Virus record (IMG/VR): IMGVR_UViG_3300049893_002799
Coordinates: 17,273-81,272 of that record
Length of the DNA: 64,000 nucleotides
Direction: 5' to 3' (one strand)
Source of the DNA: a virus
Shown here in pieces: positions 18,325 to 28,600 of the stretch (position 1 is the first letter of the stretch; each line of letters starts with the position of its first letter). A program made the translations under genes and the position numbers. A model generated the notes under the pieces. That model was not told the DNA's origin and searched no databases. It saw nothing but the letters and a program-made list of their open reading frames with translations.

Positions 18325-20664
18325 TTATAGTTCTTTAACGACTAGAGAGCCACGATTACCCCATCTATAGGTAGCATTGGCATCACTGGTACTCCAGTAT
18401 ACATCTACTTTATGCGTTCCGGCAGCAAGTTGAACAGTAAGCTGATCTGTCGTCGTGATTGGTTTTCCAGAAACACTTGTTATAAAACCAGAAACCAGTC
18501 CAGCCTGTGTACCGTTGATAAAGATAGCGAATAAATTATCTGCGTTTATCGATGTATTGTTGTAGCCAGCATGCGTATATTCGATAGAGACTGGATTGCC
18601 TGATGTCTTAATTGTACAGCTCATATCGGGTATGGGTTGCAGTGATGTTATTCCACTGTTATTTGGGCTACTCGCCACACCAGCTGCTCGTGCCCATGCT
18701 TTAATAGGCGTAATCTGTTGCTCACTGAACTTGCGCTTATCCATGATTGCACAGCTGCCTACAGAAAGCGTATTTTGTATTACGCCTGGTCCATTAAAGG
18801 CTGGAGTATGGACTGGGGTGATTATGTCAAAACCTTCAACATAAGATGCAAATGCGCCTGATGTTTTAGTAAGTCGAACAGTATGCTTTCCAAATGGTAA
18901 ACCGCTAACACAGAGCTTAAATCTACTGGCGTTTGTAGGAACACTTAGTACGCCGGTGGCAGCTGTCCAGGTAGCAGCTGTACCGCCTACTAAAATAGAA
19001 GTTGTATAAGATGACCAGTTCGTATTTCCTGGACCGTTTAAAGAAAATGTCCAGCTTGTTGCGCCGCCACCTGTTCCGCCAGAAGCATTAAAATTAAAAC
19101 CAGTGCCGACAAACGTGTATTCCATGTAGTCAGTTGTTGCAGCAGTATTGTAAACACTAATTCCGTTTCTAACAGCCGATGAAAAAGTATCAACTAACCA
19201 AGATGCACCTGAATAAATGGCCTCTCTCAGGCAAGATTTTCTAAGAACACCAGTAGAGTTTGAGTCAGTTGTCACTGGAGATGATGTGTCATTAGCATAA
19301 TCAGCCATCAAGTAGTACTGTCCCAAAGATACAGCTCCAGATGGTAGAGTAGGTGCCTTGGGAGCGTAGACGATGAACTGACTCACTGAAAACAGAGATG
19401 TACTAGATGTGTTGTGGATAAATTTTACAGTATGTGTTCCATACGGAAGGCCCGAGCATACCTTTTGGGTTCTTGTTCCAGTCAAAGAGTTGATAGTACC
19501 AGCACTCACGCCATCCACAAAAAACTCATATGTCGGTGTTCCGCTGCCAGTGTTTGTAAGAATAACATCAAGTCCAGTTCCGACAAATGTAAGAGTCCAG
19601 AAGTTAGTGGTACTGTTTGGTACTAGACCTTCTGTTGCTACAACTGTCACATTGGAACCTACTAGTGTAGTGGTTCCGTCATCTAAGGTAAATGCTCTAT
19701 TTGATGGTGTTGTCGTTAAACTACTGAAATCATCGTTGCTCTGACCCGCATTAAGTGTATTTCTTCCGCACCCGAATTCTCGCCAATGGTAGGTTCTAAC
19801 AACCTCTTCGTTAGTGTGACTGGCATTAGTTAAGTAAAGAGGTGAACCTGTATCTGTTGGTGTTAGAGCTTTAGCGATGGTACCATCAGACTTCTGATAG
19901 ATAAGTACACAGCCACCTTTGGTACCTAGAGTTCCAGACTCAAAACCTGAGTTATAAGAAGCAGTAGTGAGAGAAGAAGTTGTTCGCTTACCTTCTAAAT
20001 ACGTAGATCCAGGAGTGTACTGGAGTGTGCTGTTTGTATTAAGGACTTCGTAGCCGGTAAAAAGATGAGAAGAAGATCCATTGCCCCTTATCTTTACCGT
20101 GTGTATACCTAAACTAAGACCCGATACAACATTATGCACTATATTATTGGAATAATTGCGCTGATTTAATACGGTTGAGCCAGATGTTCCAACAAAAGGA
20201 ACTACTGTGTTGCTGCCACCATCAACAACTATATTTAGCGATTTATCACTAGTATTGTTGTGTGTTAATAAAAGGTTTAAGCCAGTGCCGTAAAATGTTA
20301 TCTCTATATAAGATGTAGAATCAGCACTTGGAGCCTGCATATATTGACCATATGCATCATCATAGCTTTGAAATGCCCCAACTATCCTCACAGCATCGTG
20401 CTGGTCATTTATTGGCTTAAACACTCTCTCGCCGTTAGGTCCAGTCTCACCCTGAACCTCTTGGATACCTTGTATCATCACTCGCTCGACACCAAACCTT
20501 GGAAGAAGGTCATTTGAGAGGTCGGTCATCTTGGAGCGACCAACTACAGTAGAGTGGAACAATCCAGCAGATGGAGTTCCAGTAGCTGTAGTAGCTGTAC
20601 GATAGGTTAAGTTAACATGTGTCAACTGTTGTTCTGAACTAGTTTTTATCAGTGCTCTTACCAT
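18325..20664 (-). CDS. receptor-binding/tail fibre-associated protein, paralog 3
   Basis: Mosaic similarity to paralogs 1 and 2, including near-identical DNA blocks. Confidence 0.7.
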   Translation of the reverse strand: MVRALIKTSSEQQLTHVNLTYRTATTATGTPSAGLFHSTVVGRSKMTDLSNDLLPRFGVERVMIQGIQEVQGETGPNGERVFKPINDQHDAVRIVGAFQSYDDAYGQYMQAPSADSTSYIEITFYGTGLNLLLTHNNTSDKSLNIVVDGGSNTVVPFVGTSGSTVLNQRNYSNNIVHNVVSGLSLGIHTVKIRGNGSSSHLFTGYEVLNTNSTLQYTPGSTYLEGKRTTSSLTTASYNSGFESGTLGTKGGCVLIYQKSDGTIAKALTPTDTGSPLYLTNASHTNEEVVRTYHWREFGCGRNTLNAGQSNDDFSSLTTTPSNRAFTLDDGTTTLVGSNVTVVATEGLVPNSTTNFWTLTFVGTGLDVILTNTGSGTPTYEFFVDGVSAGTINSLTGTRTQKVCSGLPYGTHTVKFIHNTSSTSLFSVSQFIVYAPKAPTLPSGAVSLGQYYLMADYANDTSSPVTTDSNSTGVLRKSCLREAIYSGASWLVDTFSSAVRNGISVYNTAATTDYMEYTFVGTGFNFNASGGTGGGATSWTFSLNGPGNTNWSSYTTSILVGGTAATWTAATGVLSVPTNASRFKLCVSGLPFGKHTVRLTKTSGAFASYVEGFDIITPVHTPAFNGPGVIQNTLSVGSCAIMDKRKFSEQQITPIKAWARAAGVASSPNNSGITSLQPIPDMSCTIKTSGNPVSIEYTHAGYNNTSINADNLFAIFINGTQAGLVSGFITSVSGKPITTTDQLTVQLAAGTHKVDVYWSTSDANATYRWGNRGSLVVKEL

Positions 20665-20674
20665 CTACGCCCTC

Positions 20675-22630
20675 TTACACCGAGTATATAGCGATGTTGT
20701 CGCTGTTATCTATTGTTAACTCTCTCAAGGTTCCATCTGGCCTACGCAAGAATATCCCGCGACCACTCTGTGATCTGTCGATCGTTGCATCCGTGCTTCC
20801 CAAGAAGTTGCCTGCCAGAAGAAGAGCGTTTGCATCAGAGTTATCGAATGATGTACCTGTCGTCTGGTCAAATACCAGAGTCAAATCAGCAGGAGTTCCA
20901 CCGTTGTTGAAAGAGTTTGCTGGGAACACGATAGTATTACCGCTCAAGTAGAATGACGGTGCTTTGAATACCTGTCCAGTCTCAACTAGATATACACTAA
21001 GAAGATCAGGATCTGGACGGAACTGTGTCAGCGCGAAGCTGTTGGGGTTGCTCGTCGAGTTAAACCTAAACACCTGGCGATTCTTGATACCACCGACGAT
21101 ACCGTTTGTCTGGAGATCGTAGAGGATGCCATAGCCTTCAAGTTGCTTACTACCTGCACTCGCTGTAATCTTAACGCGAAGATCAAGCTTTCTTCCTTTA
21201 ACAGTATACTTGAGAGCAGATGTTCCAGGATCACTCCAAGATGTGCCGTTGAACACTGTCAAGCCGTTAGCTGTGCCGTCTGTTTGTAAATCTAGTTTAT
21301 CAACTCCAGCAGAAGCAGTAAACTGATCTTTGTACGTCTGATCAGTTCTTACTACAACGTGATAGCTGCCTGCAATTAAAACTGTGTCTGGTAGAGTAAT
21401 CGTGTTCAGACCGTTAGATAGACCAGAGATCAGAACAGCGCTGCTGTCGCTCACCAGGTCTGCCAATGCAGTAGACGGCGATCCTGCGCTGTCTTTAACT
21501 ATAGAGATATAGATGTTACCAACAGGTGAACCGCCTTTAGTAACATACAAATCGAGTTTTCTTACTACTGAAGCATCTGCTAGTGTGAATAGCTGAGCAA
21601 TCTTCTGCTGCGCGGACACGTTGAGTGTTGCTACACCAGTAGTAGATGCCTGTGTTACTAGAGATTGGTCAGCTGCTTCTGTGGTAAACACATGTGTACC
21701 AACATAGGTATCAGTTGTTCCGACGCGATCCATGGTAACAGTCTGAAACTCATTACCGCCATCTCGTGAAACTTGATATGTGGCAGCAGTATCAATAGCG
21801 CCAGTGGCCCATTTAGCCATGAGCTGTACACTCTTAACATCGCGTCCTTCACCCAGGAATTCTGAGGAGTCGAGCATCTGTGTTGAGAGCAAGAATTGTG
21901 CACCTGCTGTATACTCATAATTCTGAGTAACAAGCGAGTATGCTCCTGTAGAGCTGCCGTCAATCAAGTCATCTTCATTTACACTGAAGATGTTTGGTGT
22001 TGCTAAAGCCCAAGCACCTTCGCGCAAGTTTGCCTTAATAGTCTCAAGGAATGAGTTTGCGTCGCCGCTTCCACCACCTGCTCCACCGCCGCCAACAAAC
22101 TGATATAGGTCTGACAGTAGAACGTTCTGGACATTGTTTGCGCCGTCAGTTCTGAGGACAAAGTAGCCAACACCGAAAGTATTGGAGATACCTGGAGGTG
22201 CGGTAGCTGCTGCTAAAGAAGCAGCGGCAGTACCGGCAGTTAGCGTTAAATTACCAACAGCATCCATGTTGATGCCGAACTTCCTATACTGACTAGCAGT
22301 CATGCCAATTGATAGGGGTGCAGCTATAGATGGAGAGTATACGATAGTTCCAGCACCAGTGGCGCCAGCTGTAATTGTCCCGCTTGTGAAGTTAGGAAGA
22401 GCATTTGAGACAGTTGGAATAGTGCGATACTTTAAAGTTTCTGGGTTCTGAACAAATATTGAACCTACACTTACAACCCTGTTTGCACCTGTGCAACTAA
22501 GTTTAAGCGGAGGCGTATCATTGTTGTTAAGTGAGCGCAGTAAATTATCAAGTTCTACTCCAGCAGCTGTAGCTACCTGATCTAGTAAATCCCTCGATAT
22601 TATCTGGCGGGCGTCCAATTTAGTCGTCAT
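20675..22630 (-). CDS. virion structural protein (baseplate/fibre-associated)
   Basis: 651-aa T/G/S-rich ORF within the fibre cluster. Confidence 0.6.
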   Translation of the reverse strand: MTTKLDARQIISRDLLDQVATAAGVELDNLLRSLNNNDTPPLKLSCTGANRVVSVGSIFVQNPETLKYRTIPTVSNALPNFTSGTITAGATGAGTIVYSPSIAAPLSIGMTASQYRKFGINMDAVGNLTLTAGTAAASLAAATAPPGISNTFGVGYFVLRTDGANNVQNVLLSDLYQFVGGGGAGGGSGDANSFLETIKANLREGAWALATPNIFSVNEDDLIDGSSTGAYSLVTQNYEYTAGAQFLLSTQMLDSSEFLGEGRDVKSVQLMAKWATGAIDTAATYQVSRDGGNEFQTVTMDRVGTTDTYVGTHVFTTEAADQSLVTQASTTGVATLNVSAQQKIAQLFTLADASVVRKLDLYVTKGGSPVGNIYISIVKDSAGSPSTALADLVSDSSAVLISGLSNGLNTITLPDTVLIAGSYHVVVRTDQTYKDQFTASAGVDKLDLQTDGTANGLTVFNGTSWSDPGTSALKYTVKGRKLDLRVKITASAGSKQLEGYGILYDLQTNGIVGGIKNRQVFRFNSTSNPNSFALTQFRPDPDLLSVYLVETGQVFKAPSFYLSGNTIVFPANSFNNGGTPADLTLVFDQTTGTSFDNSDANALLLAGNFLGSTDATIDRSQSGRGIFLRRPDGTLRELTIDNSDNIAIYSV

Positions 22631-22648
22631 ATTTTAAAATGCCCCTTC

Positions 22649-23191
22649 TTATGCTGGTCTATCAATTCTAAAGTTTATATCATCTCCACTTACCAGATCA
22701 AAAGTGAAAGCCACTTGAGCTCTAGGCGGAGATCCTACAAAGTTGTAATCGATACCTGAATCCATTCTAACACCGTTCAGCCTAACCTCCAGCTCTTCGC
22801 CGGTATAAGTCTGACCATTAGGTAAGCTAATAGGAGTACCAGTATTTATCGTAGATACAACGTTATATGTCTGATCATATATAGTGATCGAATCATCCTG
22901 ATCAATCCTAAAATGAACCTTATCATCACTGACAAGATCAAATGCAAAAGTTATCTGGGTTCTAGGAGCAACACCAACATAACTATAATCGACGCCAGAA
23001 TCCATCCTGACGCCGTTCAAGCTAACTTCAAGTTCTTCATCTGTATAAGAGCCAGCAGCCGGTAAAGTTAACGGTGTACCAGACGTTATGAGTGAAACCA
23101 CATCATAGGTCTGGTCATATATGGTAACCACTCCGCCTAATTCAGGCATCATTCGTGGTATACCATTTACAAGTGCTAGCTTCTTAGCCAT
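22649..23191 (-). CDS. virion protein made of two tandem ~80-aa domains
   Basis: TIYDQTY...ELEV.LNGVRMDSG.DY...FDLVS.D...FRID twice, 240-nt offset. Confidence 0.7.
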   Translation of the reverse strand: MAKKLALVNGIPRMMPELGGVVTIYDQTYDVVSLITSGTPLTLPAAGSYTDEELEVSLNGVRMDSGVDYSYVGVAPRTQITFAFDLVSDDKVHFRIDQDDSITIYDQTYNVVSTINTGTPISLPNGQTYTGEELEVRLNGVRMDSGIDYNFVGSPPRAQVAFTFDLVSGDDINFRIDRPA

Positions 23192-23201
23192 GTATTACCT
23201 A

Positions 23202-24902
23202 TTAGTTAACGCCCATCATCTGGATCTGAACATCAATGGTGTTGGCGTCTTTAACCATACCAACTTTAACTGCAGCTATATTTGATGCAGTTGGTGCGGT
23301 ACTTGTTAATGCACCAGATGCTCCGAGCCACAGTGGCTTACCAACAGTGAAACCATGAGAAGTAACAGTCATAAGCCCCATCTTATAGATGTTAGGCATC
23401 GAACCCGCTGCACTCAAGGCACCAACTGTCAATACAAGTCCTACAACATGGAAGTTGTCTGTACTTGTAGCATCATTATCTGCTTTATACATACGTCCGG
23501 CAGTTTCTGCATCTTGTCCGTATCGAACAGCAAACAATGTTGTTGCTGCAAACGATTCACCGGCGATTTCACCAGCTGCTCTAACAGATGGTGCATAAGT
23601 TACAGACAGCGCCGTGCCATTACCACCAGCAAGACCTGCACCAGCTACAGAAGTAGTGAGATGGGTTTCATCTATGCTGTTTGTCTTAACATCTGCAGCA
23701 ATAGTGTTTGCACCATCGTTGTAGGTTAAGTCAATTGTAGCGGTGTCGGTAAGAGCAGCGCCAACAGCATCTTGTGCACGTTCGTCAGTGAAGTAGAGGT
23801 TGGTACCTTCTGCAAGATCGGTAGTAGACTTTGTTGCTAGTCGTGTGTCGAAACTAGAGTTAAAGTCTGCTGAGTTAAATTTCTCAGTATCTAACTCGTT
23901 GATAGCAGCTTGAACAGTAGTAGCAGCAATTCCACCAGCAGGAACGTTGGTTACTTGAGAAGCAGTATAGTCACCAGATTGTGCAGTAACGATACCGGTA
24001 CGACCAAACACTGAGGCAACAGCATCAGTGGTATCCGATTTTTCCCAGATTGTGCCGTTGTAGATTACATAATCACCAACGTCGAATGTGATGCTACCAG
24101 AACCAAGGTTCTGAGTACCAGCTGTACCAACACGGTACACCATACCAGCATCACCGGAACCATCTGCGAGAGATGGGGAGTTCGTACTAGCATTCCACAC
24201 GCCTTCGTATGTCATTACAGCAGAAGGCAACTGTGCTACAGCGATCTTACCGCCGCCATCCAACTTAACAGGAGCGCCAGCAGTTGAAGTTGTTACAAAC
24301 TCTGATTTTTGGTAGTAGCGTGCGTCACCGCGTGCATCATTGTGATACTGGGTATGATCGTCATCGCCAAGACCAGTTAGTGCACCGTGATCAACTTTAC
24401 TAGCATCGAATCGTACTCGAAGTTGCTCGTTAGCGCCAGGGTTAACTACAGACTTCTCTAACGCGTTGGTGCTGTTTGTACCAATATCAACAAGAAGAGT
24501 TGAATCAAGGAAGTCAGATGTTGTGTCGTTGGTTGTTACCTTTACACGACCGCTTCCTGAAGCAAGTGCTGAATCGATGCCGCTTAAAGCACCTTTGACA
24601 GTAGCAGCAGCTGGAGTAAAGTTGGAGTAAGTATTATCGTCGCCGATAAGATCTGAACCACTAGAAGCACCAGAACTACCAAGTTCAGTTTCTGTAAAGT
24701 AGCGACCATCATGGTGGTGCAGGGATGCACTAATGTCACTACCGTTTTGAAGGGTAATGAGATTGTCTAAGATGGTCTTTGTGAGGTTAGTTCCAGCTCC
24801 ACCGCCAACTTTTAACTGATCTACGACCAGTGTGTTGGATGATAGGTCAACTTGACGCTGTACGCCGTTGACCAATCTAGAAAGTCTTGAAATATCAGTC
24901 AT
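23202..24902 (-). CDS. tail fibre-like structural protein
   Basis: HHHDGRYFTE, DDDHTQYH, YEGVWNASTNSP, VASVFGRTG, LAEGTNLYFTDERAQDAV fibre motifs. Confidence 0.75.
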   Translation of the reverse strand: MTDISRLSRLVNGVQRQVDLSSNTLVVDQLKVGGGAGTNLTKTILDNLITLQNGSDISASLHHHDGRYFTETELGSSGASSGSDLIGDDNTYSNFTPAAATVKGALSGIDSALASGSGRVKVTTNDTTSDFLDSTLLVDIGTNSTNALEKSVVNPGANEQLRVRFDASKVDHGALTGLGDDDHTQYHNDARGDARYYQKSEFVTTSTAGAPVKLDGGGKIAVAQLPSAVMTYEGVWNASTNSPSLADGSGDAGMVYRVGTAGTQNLGSGSITFDVGDYVIYNGTIWEKSDTTDAVASVFGRTGIVTAQSGDYTASQVTNVPAGGIAATTVQAAINELDTEKFNSADFNSSFDTRLATKSTTDLAEGTNLYFTDERAQDAVGAALTDTATIDLTYNDGANTIAADVKTNSIDETHLTTSVAGAGLAGGNGTALSVTYAPSVRAAGEIAGESFAATTLFAVRYGQDAETAGRMYKADNDATSTDNFHVVGLVLTVGALSAAGSMPNIYKMGLMTVTSHGFTVGKPLWLGASGALTSTAPTASNIAAVKVGMVKDANTIDVQIQMMGVN

Positions 24903-24938
24903 TTAAAATACTCCTATTTTCGCACAAGTCGTGTAGTG

Positions 24939-25160
24939 CTATACGTTGTCCTGCTCTATCTTATCACGCTCATCGGCTTTATTAGTAGCTTCAGATCGCT
25001 CAATTACTATCTGCATCTTACATGTCATACCATATCGACTTAATAACTTATTAACTTTATCACAAGTCGCATCAACTTCCTCGTTGATTTTATTAGCTAT
25101 TTTCTGAACTGCTGCTTCTAACTGCTCATCTGTAAGCTTGTCAACATTGATAGGTCTCAT
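24939..25160 (-). CDS. hypothetical protein
   Basis: 73-aa ORF with ATGA overlap; ends in TAG. Confidence 0.65.
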   Translation of the reverse strand: MRPINVDKLTDEQLEAAVQKIANKINEEVDATCDKVNKLLSRYGMTCKMQIVIERSEATNKADERDKIEQDNV

Positions 25161-25609
25161 AATTGCCCCACTATGGATATGTTTACCAGCAGGTCTTTGA
25201 GTAAAGGATTGTCAACGTTCTTGATGACGACCCCAAGTCTTATCACAAAATCATCGGCGACAAAACCATCAACCCCAATCTCTGGCTTTATATTAGTTGT
25301 ACCACCAGACTTGGAGACATATAGTACATCACCTATCGAAGCCGTCAATATATCAGCTATTCGTCCCGAGTTTGCTATCTCTCCTACAGTACCGTTCATT
25401 ACATCGGTATTAAGAAGTCCAGCGATAGCCAAGGCCTGTGCTTCTATACTGACATCTATGCTCTCCATGTTGCCACTAGAATTAAGGCGCACGGGTGTAA
25501 GCTTAGTAAGAGCACTACCGGTCATATTTGTGCTTTTTAGCTGCACAGCTTTACTAGATGTAGCCTCGGGCACAATCGAGATACCTGAAAAATTAGGGTT
25601 ATATGACAT
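25157..25609 (-). CDS. small virion structural protein
   Basis: TAATG-coupled start; resembles the domain at the C-terminus of 23202-24902 and within 25609-31221 (GDVLYVS..GG). Confidence 0.6.
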   Translation of the reverse strand: MSYNPNFSGISIVPEATSSKAVQLKSTNMTGSALTKLTPVRLNSSGNMESIDVSIEAQALAIAGLLNTDVMNGTVGEIANSGRIADILTASIGDVLYVSKSGGTTNIKPEIGVDGFVADDFVIRLGVVIKNVDNPLLKDLLVNISIVGQL

Positions 25610-28600
25610 TACACAAGCCACCAAGTTGTACCATCACACACTATAGTGAAGGCTTCATATTGTACGTTTGAGGTTTTTGTTGATGCACCATCGATAGTTT
25701 CTGCACCATTTGGATCTAGCACCATGTTGTTACTGGAAGAATCTATCTTCTTGATGTAGTACTTCTTTCCTAAAGCGCTAGCTGCTGCAGGAAGGTTTAT
25801 CGTCACGATGCCTCCGCTAGTATTGACCAGAATTAGATCATCACTTAATAAAGCTGTATCTGTTGACGATATGGAGCGAACATTGAGCTTTGCAGAGATA
25901 TCAATTGTACTAGCGTTCTGCGTAACCGATACGCCGGATGTAGATGTGAGAGATCGTAGCTCTAAATCTACACCGGTTTTCTGCTTGAAAACACCTGCTC
26001 CACCGCCAACATTAGAAGCTGTATTAGCTTCTCCACTGCCAACAGCAGCAATCTCAACATCATCGCCAATCTGGGAAACACTGATATTTGTTCCAGCCTT
26101 AATTCTGCGGAACTCTAAATCTATCCCATTTTTCTGCTTAAAGACATTCCCAGCGCCAGTTCCTACGTTAGAAGCAGTATTTGCTTCTCCACCGCCTACA
26201 CCTACAACAACAGTTTCACCGACCAAAGGAACTACAAATGTGAGGCTGTCACCGATACTTAAGTCTTGCTGAATTTGTACTTGTGTACTCTGTGTGCCAA
26301 TGGTTCCGATTTCGGTGTAGTCAACACCGGTTCTAAGCTTATCGCCGTTTAGATATAGTTGAAGTATGCCTTCGCCTACAATATATGAGCGAGGATTGCC
26401 ACCATCTCTGCTGTCATCAGGTAGGGTAAGCGTTGTTCCGGTAGTTATTGGACCAGTTAACTCATAATCATTGCTTGGAGCACCACTGACGATATCATAG
26501 GTTTCATCGTAGGCATTTTCTAGCACTCGTACAAACTGAACTTGTAGCTCTACTTCACTTGTAGCAGTAGCGACACCTAGGATAACAAGGCTATCTCCGG
26601 ATGTCGACGGCGGAGTTGTAGTTGCAGCTCCTGTACTAGTGCTAAGATATGCGATATTCCCTACAGCAAGCGTACCGTTTACAGCAATCTTGCCTTTTAC
26701 TTGTACATAGCCAGCAGCTAGATGTGCGATATTTGTAGTAGCTACACCAATCGTCCCTTTAGCTGTATTTAGTGACGATGCATTTGCAGGAGCAATCGAG
26801 CCACTAGCAGTTACATATACAATAGTTCCTGCATTTATGGTGGATCCAGACAGGTTAGTATATAGGGTTAATACCTTATCTTTACCAGCTGTATCAACAT
26901 AGTTCTTAGTAGCAGCATCCTGCGCAGCTGTCGGATCTAAGAGGTTGGTGCCTTTAAATCCGTTAAAGTTTAAGTTGGCAGCCATTGGGTTGGTGCCGTC
27001 TAACTTTAAGAAATTACTGTCTACGTAAGTTTTTCGTGTTGCGTCGTTTGGATTAGTTGGCGCACCTAGATCCACAATCTTAAAGCCATCCATATCCAGG
27101 TCGGCCTGCATTGGATTGCCACCGTTGAGCTTTAAGAAGTTTGTGTCTACGTATGACTTACGAGTGGCATCATTTCCACTTATAGGAGCCGGTAGATTTG
27201 TCAGCTGGTTGCTATCCATGTCGAGGTTGGCTTGCATGGTATTGGTGCCATCTCGACGGATAAAATCATTGTTGATTGTTGTGCTAAGACTATCAACATC
27301 TGTTTTTCTTGCTGCATCGGTACCAGCAATAGGTGCTGCAATATTGGTAATCTTAAAGTTGTTAAGATCAAGATCAGCCAACATATTGAGAGATCCGTCG
27401 CGACGGATGAAATTCGTGTCGAAATTAAATGCCGGATTTGCTCCACGCTTGAATATGAGTTGATCTGAAGCATTTCTCCAGAATCCGTAGTCACTAGCGC
27501 CAAGTGGATCAGACGCCTCTTGGCTCAAAGTAAGACCAGCTGGATCTATTACACCGGTTACTTCAATATCGCCCTGGATTGACATTAATTTTTGGCTAGC
27601 TGGTCCAGTAATAACAATAGGCTGACCGCTGCTGATATTGATGAATCGACCCGCATCATACGAGTCCTGAAGATCTCCACCACCACTGCCATCAGATGCA
27701 AAGTATACTGCACCGTGAGCATCTATGCGGAATGTAAGCTTATCGCCGATCTCAAGATCTTGAGTGAGTGTGATGCGTTTAGAGAGAGCGCCTGTGGTAC
27801 CAATCTCGCTCCAGTTATCTACGCTTCTTAAATATTGACCGTTAAGATAGATCTCGAGTTGACCAGAACCTACTATATATTCCTGGATACCGCTGATAAC
27901 ATCTCGGCTATCGTTGGGCAATATAAGTTCTACGCCCGCAAGTACGGGTCCTTGCAGCTCATATTGATTAGATGGTATACCAGCAACCACCACATATGTT
28001 TCATCATACACGTTACCGTCAGGACGCTGCGCCTTATTAGTCTCAGCAATAGTGTCCTGAATTCTTGTCCACAGTATGAACACATCTTGGTCAATAGGGG
28101 CAACATCGATATTAGTAATATAGATTGCACCAGCAAGATCTGTATCAGGTGTATCAGTGAGAGAAATTGTGTTGAACGTTTTAGCGGCAAAACGATTGAT
28201 GCGAACCCAGGCACATTGGCCGTCTGCAAGAATCAGTGTTCCTAGGGCATTGATTGCATCAACATCGACTATATTTCGATTAGCTGCTCCAGGAATTATG
28301 ATTTCGATATCTGGATCAAATCCAGACTGCTGCACTGTGAAGGTGTAAGTAGTACCTACAGCACCATCGGCTATATTGGTTGTTGAGCCAACCGCATCGT
28401 TGGTTAATAGAACGGTATCAGAGCTATACGAGCTTGCAGTAACTTCTACACTAGCAGCACCGTTAATAGCCCCAATGGTATTAGATGCTACAACTGCAGC
28501 AGAATCGCCTGTAGCAATATTAACTTCGATATATACGGTAGTTCCAGCAACTACAGGTTGAGTACCTAAAGTATCTTTGTTGTACCAGACTACATATTTC

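Noticed and set aside
8465-20664. Diversity-generating retroelement or invertible fibre cassette
   Set aside because: No reverse transcriptase or recombinase in the window; differences between repeated blocks are not adenine-specific; all copies are in the same orientation.
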